Shown: piece by piece, positions 1-9,136 of the stretch
Layout: each line of letters begins with the position of its first letter
Position numbering within the stretch: position 1 is the stretch's first letter
Source of the DNA: an uncultured Candidatus Saccharibacteria bacterium
GTDB lineage: Bacteria > Patescibacteriota > Minisyncoccia > UBA6257
NCBI GenBank assembly: GCA_964479005.1
Contig: CAYZJA010000001.1
Location: 1-64,000 of the forward strand
Length of the DNA: 64,000 nucleotides
Direction: 5' to 3'
Notes under the pieces: model-generated
The model's input: only the letters and a program-made list of their open reading frames with translations
The model's database searches: none
Told to the model about the DNA's origin: nothing
Position numbers and translations under genes: made by a program

Positions 1-2
1 AA

Positions 3-548
3 GTGGCAAAAACAAGAATGGAAGATTTAAGTAAAGTTGAAAATCATGAAAAAGAAATTAGTGCTGTTATTCAAAATGTCCAAAAGGATTTAGAAATTGT
101 TCCTCAGGAAATCAAAAAAATAAATAAAAAACAGGTTGCGTTGAATGTTTCAAAAGATATTCAAGAAAGAAGTAAAGATTTAAAAAATCTCGCAGATAAA
201 ATTTCTCTTGAAGATAAAGAAAGAAATGAATTGAATCAAGCAGTAGAAAATTCCCAATCACAGGTTCTTGCTCTTATTATAGAAACCACTGAAGAAATTA
301 ATCAGTGTCCAAGTCGTTTGCAAAGAGAATTAGAATATTTAGGAAAATATTTTACTGATACAGAAGGAGAATTATATCAATGGTCTACAAATGATATTAT
401 AAAATGCAAGGATTTATTATCAGAAGCGAGTAATGCTTATAAAGCAGGAGATTGTTTGACAGCGATGGATAAGATTGAAAGTATTAATAAATTATTGTCA
501 ATCCACTCTTTGGATGTTCAGGTCGAAACTTCAACTCCAAAGATATAG
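3..548 (+). CDS. Hypothetical coiled-coil protein; 5' end runs off the window (partial)
   Basis: ORF open to the window edge. K/E-rich with predicted coiled-coil; no recognisable catalytic motif. Confidence 0.4.
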   Translation: MAKTRMEDLSKVENHEKEISAVIQNVQKDLEIVPQEIKKINKKQVALNVSKDIQERSKDLKNLADKISLEDKERNELNQAVENSQSQVLALIIETTEEINQCPSRLQRELEYLGKYFTDTEGELYQWSTNDIIKCKDLLSEASNAYKAGDCLTAMDKIESINKLLSIHSLDVQVETSTPKI

Positions 549-702
549 GATTCGCCTGCCAAAACTTTGGTAGGCAAAGGTTATTGCCCAACACGTTTAA
601 CGTGTTCCATAAGAAACTGATGGGTGCATAAAGAGCGCTCTTCATTAGTTTCAAGGCTGGTCGTTAATAACTATAAAATTAACAAAAAGTCGATTAAATA
701 AA

Positions 703-2763
703 ATGAATAAAAAAATTATTGCATCTGTTCTCGCTGTCGTTTTTGCCATTTCTATGGCTGGCCCAGTTGGAGCAGTTACCCTTGAAGAGCTGGAAACTCT
801 GTATGCTGACTTATTAGCTAAATATGAAGTTCTTTTAGCTCAAGTTGGACAACCAGCTGTCGCTACCGGAGTTTGTTTTGACGCTGATTTGCAACAGGGA
901 ATGACATCAGACGATGTCAAGGCTCTTCAAATCAAATTAGGAGTAATACCAACTTCTGGTTATTTTGGACCTATTACCTTAGCTGCTGTTAAAACTTTCC
1001 AGACAGCCAATGGAATTATTAACACTGGTTATGTTGGTCCTTTAACCCGAGCTCAATTGAATGCTTTGTATTGTACTCCAGCTCCAGTAGTTACCTATCC
1101 TGAAGGTTGTACTTCAGCTGTTGGTTTTAGTCCTACTACGGGATTATCATGTGCTGGTGTAGTTAGCTATCCTGAAGGTTGTACTTCAGCTGTTGGCTTT
1201 AGTCCAACAACAGGTCTATCCTGTGCTGGTGAAGTAGTTACCTATCCTGAAGGTTGTACTTCAGCCGTTGGCTTTAGTCCAACAACAGGTCTATCCTGTG
1301 CTGGAACAACTACTGTAGTTGCTCCCGCTGAAGGTTCTATTACGGTTAACTATGATGCTATTCCTGCAGCTAATGTAGTTATTAGCAAAGGCGTAGCTAA
1401 TCAATCAGCTATTGCTTTAAAGATCAAAGCTACAGGTTCTGATATGAAGATTAGTCGTGTTTGGTTGGATTTTGATAAGCGTTTATGGTTGTATGCAGAT
1501 TCTGCTTCTCTATTAGACGGATCAACAGTTCTTGCTGCCGCAGCACTTTCATCTTCAGCATTTTCTGAAGTTACTGCGGGTTCCAAATGGCAACTACAAT
1601 TTAATAATTTGGATGTTGTGGTTTCAGCTGGAACAACTAAGATATTGACATTAAAACTTGGTCGTCCAATGCTTACACAGGCTAGTGCAGTAGTTACTCT
1701 TCAAACTACAAGTTCTGTAAGAGCAACTGACGATGCTGGTTTTACAGATGCTTATGTTGTTTCTGCAACTCGTGCAATGAATCTTATAACTACCGCTGCA
1801 TTATCTGGCACATTAACAGCTAGCTCGAATGTAAATTCTCCAGCAATCCAGTCAGTTTCTGGTCTTAGTGATATTGCTGGTACATTGACTCCAGTTAAAT
1901 TGCTTGATTTTAACCTTAAGGCAAAATATGCAGACATGAATGTTACAACAATAGTTGCTGCCTTAGCAGGTGGTACTGTCGCTAACGCAGTTGCTTCAGT
2001 TGAACTTCGTGATGGAACTAGTGTTCTATCTTCTGTAACTGGTGCTGATACGGCTACATTTTCTAGTTTGGATATTGATATAGTTAAAGATGCAACAAAG
2101 ATATTATCAATCTGGGTTCAAATGAATCCTATTGGTACTGCAGGCGCTGGAAAGACAGCAAAGGGTCAGGACTTTACAGCAACCCTAACTTCTGCTTCCA
2201 CGATTACTACTGACGAAGCGTTCAATACTTATGTAGTTACATCCGCAGATGTTGTAGGAAAGAAACAGTATATGTTCCAATACGCTCCTACTTTTGCGTT
2301 AATATCAGCTTCAGCAGTCCCAGTAGATGAAACTGGTTCAGCTACAAGTACTCAAACGGGAGGTGCTTATTCAATTGCCTTTTCCGTTACTGCTCCCGCA
2401 GATATTGATATCCTTGTTGAGGCAGCAAGCACTACTGCAGTGGTTACTTTCGGTGCTGCAACAGCTGGAACTTCAAAGACTGTTGATGCTACTGGAGGAA
2501 CTCTTGTAACAGGATCGTCTGTATCAGGAGTAACATCAAAAGGTACTGTTGCTGATACTTTCGATAAAGTTGTTGCAGGTGCAACTAGAACATTTACTGT
2601 AACAGGACGTATTCCACATGGTGGTAACGCAGGTTTCGTTGGAATGCATATAGAGGGCATCCAGTGGACTGATACTGATGATACTGACCACGCGACTACT
2701 TCTATCGAACAGATTTGGGGTCTTTCAGACTTTAAGACTGCTGACGTATACGTAACTATATAA
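703..2763 (+). CDS. Secreted surface protein: signal peptide, peptidoglycan-binding-like domain, 3x Cys-containing 22-aa tandem repeat, long Thr/Ser/Ala/Val-rich beta-type region
   Basis: N-terminal signal peptide MNKKIIASVLAVVFAISMAGPVGA. The segment GMTSDDVKALQIKLG...YFGPITLAAVKTFQ...GYVGPLTRAQL resembles a PG_binding_1 fold. Three near-identical YPEGCTSAVGFSPTTGLSCAG units follow. The gene is closed by a strong intrinsic terminator. Confidence 0.75.
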   Translation: MNKKIIASVLAVVFAISMAGPVGAVTLEELETLYADLLAKYEVLLAQVGQPAVATGVCFDADLQQGMTSDDVKALQIKLGVIPTSGYFGPITLAAVKTFQTANGIINTGYVGPLTRAQLNALYCTPAPVVTYPEGCTSAVGFSPTTGLSCAGVVSYPEGCTSAVGFSPTTGLSCAGEVVTYPEGCTSAVGFSPTTGLSCAGTTTVVAPAEGSITVNYDAIPAANVVISKGVANQSAIALKIKATGSDMKISRVWLDFDKRLWLYADSASLLDGSTVLAAAALSSSAFSEVTAGSKWQLQFNNLDVVVSAGTTKILTLKLGRPMLTQASAVVTLQTTSSVRATDDAGFTDAYVVSATRAMNLITTAALSGTLTASSNVNSPAIQSVSGLSDIAGTLTPVKLLDFNLKAKYADMNVTTIVAALAGGTVANAVASVELRDGTSVLSSVTGADTATFSSLDIDIVKDATKILSIWVQMNPIGTAGAGKTAKGQDFTATLTSASTITTDEAFNTYVVTSADVVGKKQYMFQYAPTFALISASAVPVDETGSATSTQTGGAYSIAFSVTAPADIDILVEAASTTAVVTFGAATAGTSKTVDATGGTLVTGSSVSGVTSKGTVADTFDKVVAGATRTFTVTGRIPHGGNAGFVGMHIEGIQWTDTDDTDHATTSIEQIWGLSDFKTADVYVTI
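1088..1302 (+). repeat. Three tandem copies of a ~66-72 bp unit encoding (V)VTYPEGCTSAVGFSPTTGLSCAG, inside the surface-protein CDS
   Basis: Seen directly in the DNA and the translation. Copies differ by a few synonymous or near-synonymous substitutions. Each unit carries two Cys. Confidence 0.9.
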
Positions 2764-2812
2764 TTCTGTTTGTTAGTTTGAAGTTTTCCGATAGCAAATA
2801 ATCGGATAAACC

Positions 2813-2842
2813 AAAAACCACCTTCGGGTGGTTTTTGGTTTA
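2813..2842 (+). terminator. Rho-independent terminator after the surface-protein gene
   Basis: aaaaaCCACCttcgGGTGGttttt: perfect GC-rich stem with T-run. Confidence 0.85.
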
Positions 2843-2908
2843 ATGTATCTTTATTGCATTTTAATATATTTCTTTATTTTCTTTCCCCTTTTTGTTAATA
2901 TATAGTTA

Positions 2909-4567
2909 ATGTTTTTTCAGCGACGAAAATTCGTTTTCACTATTATTTTAGGAATAATATTTTTTGTCCCTGTTTTTGCTCAGGCAATTTCTGTGGGTCA
3001 AGAGCGTTCTTTTAATATTCAGTCAGATTATGATTTGTTAAGTCGTGGCAAAATAGATACTCAGTTAATAAAAATTACCAATCAATTATATTTTTATGCA
3101 GATAAACAATGGTTTAATAAACTCTCATCTGGAAATAGAACAAATATTGACAGTAAGATTTATAATTTAAGCAGTGAGTTTGAATATAGAATTTATCCAA
3201 TTTTAACTCAGACATTTAGCTTTGAAGATAATCCAGGTATAGACAATGATTCAAGAATCCTTGTGGTGTTGCATAAAATGAAAGCAGAAATTGGCGGCTA
3301 CGTTCAAACAGAAGATAATTATTCATCTCAAATTTATTCTCGTTCTAATGAAGGACAGATAATATATTTAAATGCCGATAATATTTTATCTTTACCTTCC
3401 AATAATTTAAATTATCATTTGGCTCACGAATTTATGCATTTGATTACTCTTAATCAGAATCCCAATGAAGAAACTTGGTTAAATGAAGCGCGCGCAGAAT
3501 ATACAGAAACTTTATTGAATTATGGAAAAGATTGGGCAAATAGTAATTTACAGAGAAGAGTACAGCAGTTTTTGATTAGTACGAATATTTCTTTATTAAA
3601 TTGGGATAATGCTAATTATGATTATGCTAAAGTTAATTTATTAACTCAGTATTTGGTTGAGCATTATGGTATTAGTATTTTAGTTGATTCTTTACATTCT
3701 TCTCAATCAGGAATTCCTGCCCTTGATTATGCTTTAAACAAAAATGGATTTTCTGAAGATTTTTCAGATGTTTTTATGAATTGGTTGATTACTAATGTAG
3801 TTAACGATTGTTCTCTGGGAGAAAAATACTGTTATAAAAATCCTTCTTTGCAAAATTTTACGATTTTTCCTTATAGCTATTATTTGCCTACAAGGGGGAG
3901 AGCTTCTTTATCAGTTACAGATTCTTTAAGAACTTGGAACGCAAAGTGGCAAAAGATTATTGGCGGAAGAGATATTTTAAAAATGAAATGGAAAATACCA
4001 GAGGATACTCCTATTTCTCAAGTTCCTTATGTTATAGTAAAAAATAATGAAGAAAAACAAGTTGGCTTTCTTGATTTTAAAGGAAGCAATATTGATGAAA
4101 TTTTTGTTTCAGATTTTGGAGATGAAAATATTACTTTGATTACTATTCCTTTTCTTGGGTCAACCCCTTTAGATAAACTTTATTATTTTTCCTGGGAAGC
4201 ATCAATATTAGAAAATTCAGAACAAGCTGAAGAGGAAGCAATAAAAGCCCTGCAGGCAAAAATATTTTTACTTCAACAAGAAATAGTTAAACTTCAGGCG
4301 CAACTGCTCGCTTTATCAGCAAGCCAGAATTCTTTTACCTGCTCTCCTTTTTATAGCGACCTTTATTTTGGAATGAATAGCAATCAAGTAAGTTGCTTGC
4401 AACAATATTTAAAATCTTTAGGCTCTGAGATTTATCCAGAAGGATTAGTAACAGGTTATTTTGGGTCTTTGACTCAAGCGGCAGTTAAGCGCTATCAGGC
4501 GTCGCAAAGCATTATTACTACTGGATATTTTGGACCATTAACCCGGACAGCAGTAAATAATCAATAA
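2909..4567 (+). CDS. Secreted zinc metallopeptidase-like protein (HExxH) with C-terminal peptidoglycan-binding domain
   Basis: Signal peptide, HEFMH motif followed by NEARAEY (possible gluzincin third ligand), and a coiled-coil segment. The C-terminal YFGSLTQAAVKRYQ...GYFGPLTRTAV is homologous to the PG-binding segment of the upstream surface protein. Confidence 0.65.
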   Translation: MFFQRRKFVFTIILGIIFFVPVFAQAISVGQERSFNIQSDYDLLSRGKIDTQLIKITNQLYFYADKQWFNKLSSGNRTNIDSKIYNLSSEFEYRIYPILTQTFSFEDNPGIDNDSRILVVLHKMKAEIGGYVQTEDNYSSQIYSRSNEGQIIYLNADNILSLPSNNLNYHLAHEFMHLITLNQNPNEETWLNEARAEYTETLLNYGKDWANSNLQRRVQQFLISTNISLLNWDNANYDYAKVNLLTQYLVEHYGISILVDSLHSSQSGIPALDYALNKNGFSEDFSDVFMNWLITNVVNDCSLGEKYCYKNPSLQNFTIFPYSYYLPTRGRASLSVTDSLRTWNAKWQKIIGGRDILKMKWKIPEDTPISQVPYVIVKNNEEKQVGFLDFKGSNIDEIFVSDFGDENITLITIPFLGSTPLDKLYYFSWEASILENSEQAEEEAIKALQAKIFLLQQEIVKLQAQLLALSASQNSFTCSPFYSDLYFGMNSNQVSCLQQYLKSLGSEIYPEGLVTGYFGSLTQAAVKRYQASQSIITTGYFGPLTRTAVNNQ

Positions 4568-6828
4568 TGAATAGATTAAAAACAATACTATTTTATCTTA
4601 CTATTGCAACTTTATTTACGCCTTTTTTGGTTAATACTCATACGTATTTTCCTTTTATTATTGCTAAAGCCACAGCTTTTCGAATAATAGTAGGTTTAAT
4701 GTTGGTGGTCTGGGTGTTTTGGCTAGTTAGAAGTCGAATAAAACTTACTCCTTTAGCTAAAGCAGTGATTATTTTTGGAGTTATAATCTTTATTTCTGCT
4801 CTTTTTGGCATAGATTTTTATTATAGTTTCTTTTCAGGAAACGAAAGAATGGAAGGAGTATTTGGAATTTGGCATTTTATGCTTTTTTTCTTGATTATTG
4901 CCACAGCATTTAATTATTTGGAAATAGAAAAAATTCTTAAAATTCAGGCGGGGATAGGTATTCTCTACTCAATAATGGCTGTTTTAGCTTATTTTGGTGT
5001 AGGAATAACTACTGCCCAATTAACTGGTAATCGCTTGGCTGGCTATACCGGTAATCCTTCTTTTTTCGCCGTTTATTTGCTTTTTAACGCTTTCTTAGCT
5101 TTATATTTTTATTTCAGGCAATATATTTTTGATAAAAAATTATTTAATTGGTGGCTGCCTGTTTTTTTTGGGCAAAGTTTTTTACTTTTTGCTACTTTGA
5201 CAAGAGGTTCAATGATGGGCTATTTAATTAGTATTGTATTAATCGCTTTTGGTATAGTTTTCTTGAAATCGGATTTTCAAAGAAAATCCGATTTCTCTGA
5301 TTCCTTGAAAAAAATCGCCATTGTTTTTTTAATTAGTATTTTGGTTTTATCTGTTTTTACTTTTAGTGCAAAAAATACTGATTTTGTAAAGAATAATAAA
5401 ATTCTAAGCAGGTTTTCTTCTATTTCTCTGGCAGATCCAACAGCTCTCTCTCGTCTTTTTTCTGCTGGGACAGCCTGGAAAAGTTTTTTACAAAAACCAT
5501 TCTTAGGTTGGGGTCCAGAAAATTATGAAGCAGCTTATATAACAAATTTTAATCCAGAAGTCTTAAAATATTTACCAGAAGATTTTTATTTTGACAGAGC
5601 GCATAATAAACCAATGGAGGTCCTGGCTACTAATGGTATTTTTGGCTTTTTGTCTTATCTTTCTATTTTTGGATTGGCTTTATATTCTTTAAATCGGCTT
5701 AGGAAAAAGAAAGAATGGTTTTTGCCGTCATTAGCTTTAGCAGGTTGTTTAATTGGATATTTTATTCAAAATGTTTTTATTTTTGATTTTCACGAAAGTT
5801 ATTTGATGTTCTTTTTGTTATTAGCTTTTATATCCTCGCTTTATCATCATCCTGAGGAGCGAAGCGACCAAGAACCTCTCGCGAATGACGATTCAAAAAA
5901 TTATGCTTCAAAAATGGGAAAGGGATTATTAGTTATTACTGTTGTTTGTTTGGTTATTTTTAGTAGTATTCAGTGGGTTATAAAACCTTATTTAGTAAGT
6001 AAAGGAATTTTTAATGTTGGCTCTTTGATCAAGCAAGAAGAAAGTGAAAAAGCATATAAAGAATTAAAGAAAATAATTAATAATCCCACTTTTTTGAAAG
6101 ATGATATTATTATAGGAATGAAAAAAATGTATTCCCTTTATAGTTTTAAAATTAGTGAAGAATACAAGGAAAAAATGATAAATGAGTTAGTTTTTAAGGC
6201 AAAAGAAGCATCTGAAAAAAGGCCGTGGCGATTTAGTTTAGTTATGGCAAAGGCAGACTTGGATACCATTTACTCTCAATGGGATAAAGATTGGCTTATT
6301 GAAGCTGAAAAATCAACCGAAGAAATACTTTCTCGTTTTCCGCATTTTCCACAGTCACATTTATTTGCCTCAAAATTTTACTTACTTAACGGAGAAATAG
6401 AAAAATCTATAACAGAAGCTGAAAAAGTTATTAATGTTAATCCACAAATTTCTACTTCTTATTATATTTTAGCATTTGCCTATGATGGATTAGGAAATGC
6501 GGAGAAAAGAGACGAGAACCTAATAAAGGCGGCTGAACTTAATTTTCCTTTTAAAGATAAAACTCAGATTTTAAATATAATAAATCTTTGCATAAAAGAT
6601 AAAAAGTATGAAGTTATAGAAAAACTTTATTTACAAGCAATGCAAATAGATCCACAAGAAATTTCTTTATATACTGGTTTGGCTGCTACTTATGGTAAGA
6701 TGCATGATAAGGAACGAGCTATTTATTATGCGCAAAAAGCGGCTGAGTTAAATCCTGATTTCAAACAAGCTAGCGAAGATTTTATAAAGTTAATAGAAAA
6801 TGAGCAGTGGGATCAAATACAAGACTAA
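4567..6828 (+). CDS. O-antigen ligase (Wzy_C/WaaL)-family polytopic membrane protein with C-terminal TPR repeats
   Basis: About 12 predicted TM helices in the N-terminal 430 aa. C-terminal TPR-like repeats (AFAYDGLGNAEKRDENLIKAAELNFPF..., YYAQKAAELNPDF). ATGA start/stop overlap with the upstream gene. Confidence 0.65.
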   Translation: MNRLKTILFYLTIATLFTPFLVNTHTYFPFIIAKATAFRIIVGLMLVVWVFWLVRSRIKLTPLAKAVIIFGVIIFISALFGIDFYYSFFSGNERMEGVFGIWHFMLFFLIIATAFNYLEIEKILKIQAGIGILYSIMAVLAYFGVGITTAQLTGNRLAGYTGNPSFFAVYLLFNAFLALYFYFRQYIFDKKLFNWWLPVFFGQSFLLFATLTRGSMMGYLISIVLIAFGIVFLKSDFQRKSDFSDSLKKIAIVFLISILVLSVFTFSAKNTDFVKNNKILSRFSSISLADPTALSRLFSAGTAWKSFLQKPFLGWGPENYEAAYITNFNPEVLKYLPEDFYFDRAHNKPMEVLATNGIFGFLSYLSIFGLALYSLNRLRKKKEWFLPSLALAGCLIGYFIQNVFIFDFHESYLMFFLLLAFISSLYHHPEERSDQEPLANDDSKNYASKMGKGLLVITVVCLVIFSSIQWVIKPYLVSKGIFNVGSLIKQEESEKAYKELKKIINNPTFLKDDIIIGMKKMYSLYSFKISEEYKEKMINELVFKAKEASEKRPWRFSLVMAKADLDTIYSQWDKDWLIEAEKSTEEILSRFPHFPQSHLFASKFYLLNGEIEKSITEAEKVINVNPQISTSYYILAFAYDGLGNAEKRDENLIKAAELNFPFKDKTQILNIINLCIKDKKYEVIEKLYLQAMQIDPQEISLYTGLAATYGKMHDKERAIYYAQKAAELNPDFKQASEDFIKLIENEQWDQIQD

Positions 6829-6831
6829 GAT

Positions 6832-8934
6832 ATGAAACAATTAGTTTTTAAACAAGGAAAAGTTGTTGTAGAAGAGGTTCCAACACCAGCTTGCGGAGCA
6901 GGCCAGATTTTAGTGGAAAATTTGTTTTCTTTAATTTCCTCTGGTACAGAATTATCAAGTTCAAATTATCCTACCAAATTAGCTAAAGGCATCAAATTGA
7001 TAAAAGAGCAGGGATTTTCCAATGCTTATAAAATAATTACAGGTATGCTTCAAGCAGGAGCAACGCCTGGATATAGTTGTTGTGGTCGCGTGATTAAAGT
7101 TGGGAAGGATGTAAATGATATTAAGAAAGGGGACATTGTTGCTTGTGCAGGAGCAAATATTGCCTCACATGCTGAGTTTATAGCTGTTCCAAGGAATTTA
7201 GCAGTAGAAGTCCCTAATGGGGTTTCTTTTGAAGATGCTTGTTCTGCCACAGTAGGTGCAATTGCTTTACAAGGTGTTAGGCAGGCAGATTTGCGCGTAG
7301 GAGAAAGTGTTGTAGTGGTTGGTTTGGGATTAATAGGTCAGTTAACTGCTCAGATTCTTTTGGCAAGTGGGATAAAAGTGATTGGTATTGAACTTTCCAA
7401 AGATAGAATAAAAAAAGCAAAAGAGAATGGTCTATTTAATGTTTTTTCTCCTACAGAGAAGAATCTTTTGAATAAAATTAATCATCTTACTAATTCACAA
7501 GGTGCAGACGCGACTATTATTACAGCTGCTAATCCATTAGATGATGAAATTATTAATCAAGCATTATTAATGACAAGAAAAAGGGGAAAGCTTGTTGTTG
7601 TAGGTGATATTGGTTTGAAAATTAATAGATTACCTTGGTATCAAAAGGAAATTGAATTGCGTATATCCACTTCTTATGGCCCTGGCAGAGGTGATTCTGA
7701 TTATGAAAACAAAGGAATTGATTATCCTTATGCTTATGTGAGGTGGACGGAAAATCGCAATATGCAGGCTTATCTGCAATTATTAAAAAACAAAAAAGTT
7801 GATTTTGGTTCTTTGATTGGAGGAAAATATTCTTTAGAACAGGCAGATTTAGCATATAAATTACTAAATTCTAAAAAGAAACCATTGGCAGTTCTGCTTT
7901 CTTATCCAGGCTCTATTTTAAAAGAAAAAGATTCGCAACAGTTTGTTGAATTATCTGTCCCGCAAAAAATTGAAGGGAAAATTGAATTAGGAATTATTGG
8001 AGTGGGAAGTTTTGCCCAGACCGTACATTTGCCTAATTTAATGAAATTAAGAGAATTTTACAGAATTCGTGGAATTTGTACCCATAATCAGGTAAAAGCC
8101 AAATATTTTGCCAGCCGTTATAATGCGAGTATTGCAACAACTGATTATAAAATTTTACTTAATGATCCAAAAATAAACCTTGTTATTATTAGCACAAGGC
8201 ATAATCTTCACGCTCAAATGGTGGTTGATGCTTTAAAAGCAGGGAAGAATATTTTTGTAGAAAAACCATTATGTCTAACCGAAGAAGAATTAAAAGAAAT
8301 TTTGGATATATTAAAAACACAAAATTTTGATTATTCTCCAATTGTTGCGGTTGGATTTAATCGGCGTTTTTCTCCGTTTATTCAGAAAATAAAAGAGGAA
8401 ATTGAGGATCGCCGCAGTCCAATAATAATTAATTATAGGGTTAATGATTCTTATCTTGCGCCAAGTCATTGGGTAAATACCAGCGAAGGCGGAGGAAGAG
8501 TTTTAGGCAATGCCTGCCATATGTTTGATGTTTTTTGCTATTTAGCTGAATCTGGAATTGAAAAAATTGATGCTCGCGCAATAACCTCAAAAGACACATT
8601 TTATCTTACTACTGACAATTTTGTTTCCACTATTAAATTTAAAGACGGCTCTTTAGCTAATTTAGTTTATACAACACAGGGAGATAGCGGAGCTGGTAAA
8701 GAATATATGGAGGTATATTCTGAGGGCAGAGTATTTATTCTAGATGATTATAAAAAGTTAAAAACATATGGGGTGAAAGCTGATATGAAAATGTACAAAC
8801 AAAATAAAGGGCTTTTTGAAGAGTTAAAAAGTTTAGCTTCTTGCTTGCAGCAGAGAAGAAGCCCAATGCCATTGGAGGAAATTATTAATGCAACTAAAAT
8901 TAGCTTAGAAGTGGATAAGCAAGTGAGAGGTTGA
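6832..8934 (+). CDS. Bi-domain oxidoreductase: N-terminal zinc-type alcohol dehydrogenase (MDR) fused to C-terminal Gfo/Idh/MocA NAD(P)-binding oxidoreductase
   Basis: N-terminal GroES-like plus Rossmann (VVVGLGLIGQL). Second Rossmann at IELGIIGVGSFAQ followed by an ISTRHNLHA...EKPLCLT Gfo/Idh/MocA-type core. Confidence 0.75.
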   Translation: MKQLVFKQGKVVVEEVPTPACGAGQILVENLFSLISSGTELSSSNYPTKLAKGIKLIKEQGFSNAYKIITGMLQAGATPGYSCCGRVIKVGKDVNDIKKGDIVACAGANIASHAEFIAVPRNLAVEVPNGVSFEDACSATVGAIALQGVRQADLRVGESVVVVGLGLIGQLTAQILLASGIKVIGIELSKDRIKKAKENGLFNVFSPTEKNLLNKINHLTNSQGADATIITAANPLDDEIINQALLMTRKRGKLVVVGDIGLKINRLPWYQKEIELRISTSYGPGRGDSDYENKGIDYPYAYVRWTENRNMQAYLQLLKNKKVDFGSLIGGKYSLEQADLAYKLLNSKKKPLAVLLSYPGSILKEKDSQQFVELSVPQKIEGKIELGIIGVGSFAQTVHLPNLMKLREFYRIRGICTHNQVKAKYFASRYNASIATTDYKILLNDPKINLVIISTRHNLHAQMVVDALKAGKNIFVEKPLCLTEEELKEILDILKTQNFDYSPIVAVGFNRRFSPFIQKIKEEIEDRRSPIIINYRVNDSYLAPSHWVNTSEGGGRVLGNACHMFDVFCYLAESGIEKIDARAITSKDTFYLTTDNFVSTIKFKDGSLANLVYTTQGDSGAGKEYMEVYSEGRVFILDDYKKLKTYGVKADMKMYKQNKGLFEELKSLASCLQQRRSPMPLEEIINATKISLEVDKQVRG

Positions 8935-8959
8935 CAAATCTAAAATATAGTAGTATAAT
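8931..8959 (+). promoter_or_regulatory. Consensus sigma70-type promoter (TTGACA-N17-TATAAT) driving the sRNA candidate
   Basis: TTGACA at 8931-8936, exact 17-nt spacer, TATAAT at 8954-8959. It overlaps the stop codon of the oxidoreductase gene. Confidence 0.6.
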
Positions 8960-8965
8960 AGCATG

Positions 8966-9127
8966 AAAGGCCTATTGATCTGTGGGCAAGCAAGCAAACG
9001 CTTGTCAGGGGTTCTCTGCAGATGGGTATCTTGGACATATTTATATGTCTGAGGTATACCTCGGGTTAATCTTTTAGTCTTCGTTTCGAAGGATATTTGC
9101 CTGCAGATTAATGGGCCTTTTTTTATT
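8966..9127 (+). ncRNA. Candidate structured small RNA (~160 nt), class unassigned (6S-like, SRP-like or novel)
   Basis: Predicted TSS 7 nt after the -10 element. A 15-bp closing helix pairs AGGCCUAUUGAUCUG (8968-8982) with CAGAUUAAUGGGCCU (9104-9118), followed by a U-run. Internal hairpins: GGCAAGC/GCUUGUC, GACAUAU/AUAUGUC, CUUCG/CGAAG. It lies between convergent genes with no CDS downstream, so it is not a leader. Confidence 0.45.
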
Positions 9128-9136
9128 GTGCGGGAA

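Noticed and set aside
1401-2660. Short ORFs (60-97 aa) nested inside the surface-protein gene (1401-1586, 1752-1937, 2327-2509, 2367-2660)
   Set aside because: Most are antisense (1401-1586, 1752-1937, 2367-2660); one is same-strand but in an alternative frame (2327-2509). All lie within a CDS that has clear signal-peptide, domain and repeat structure.
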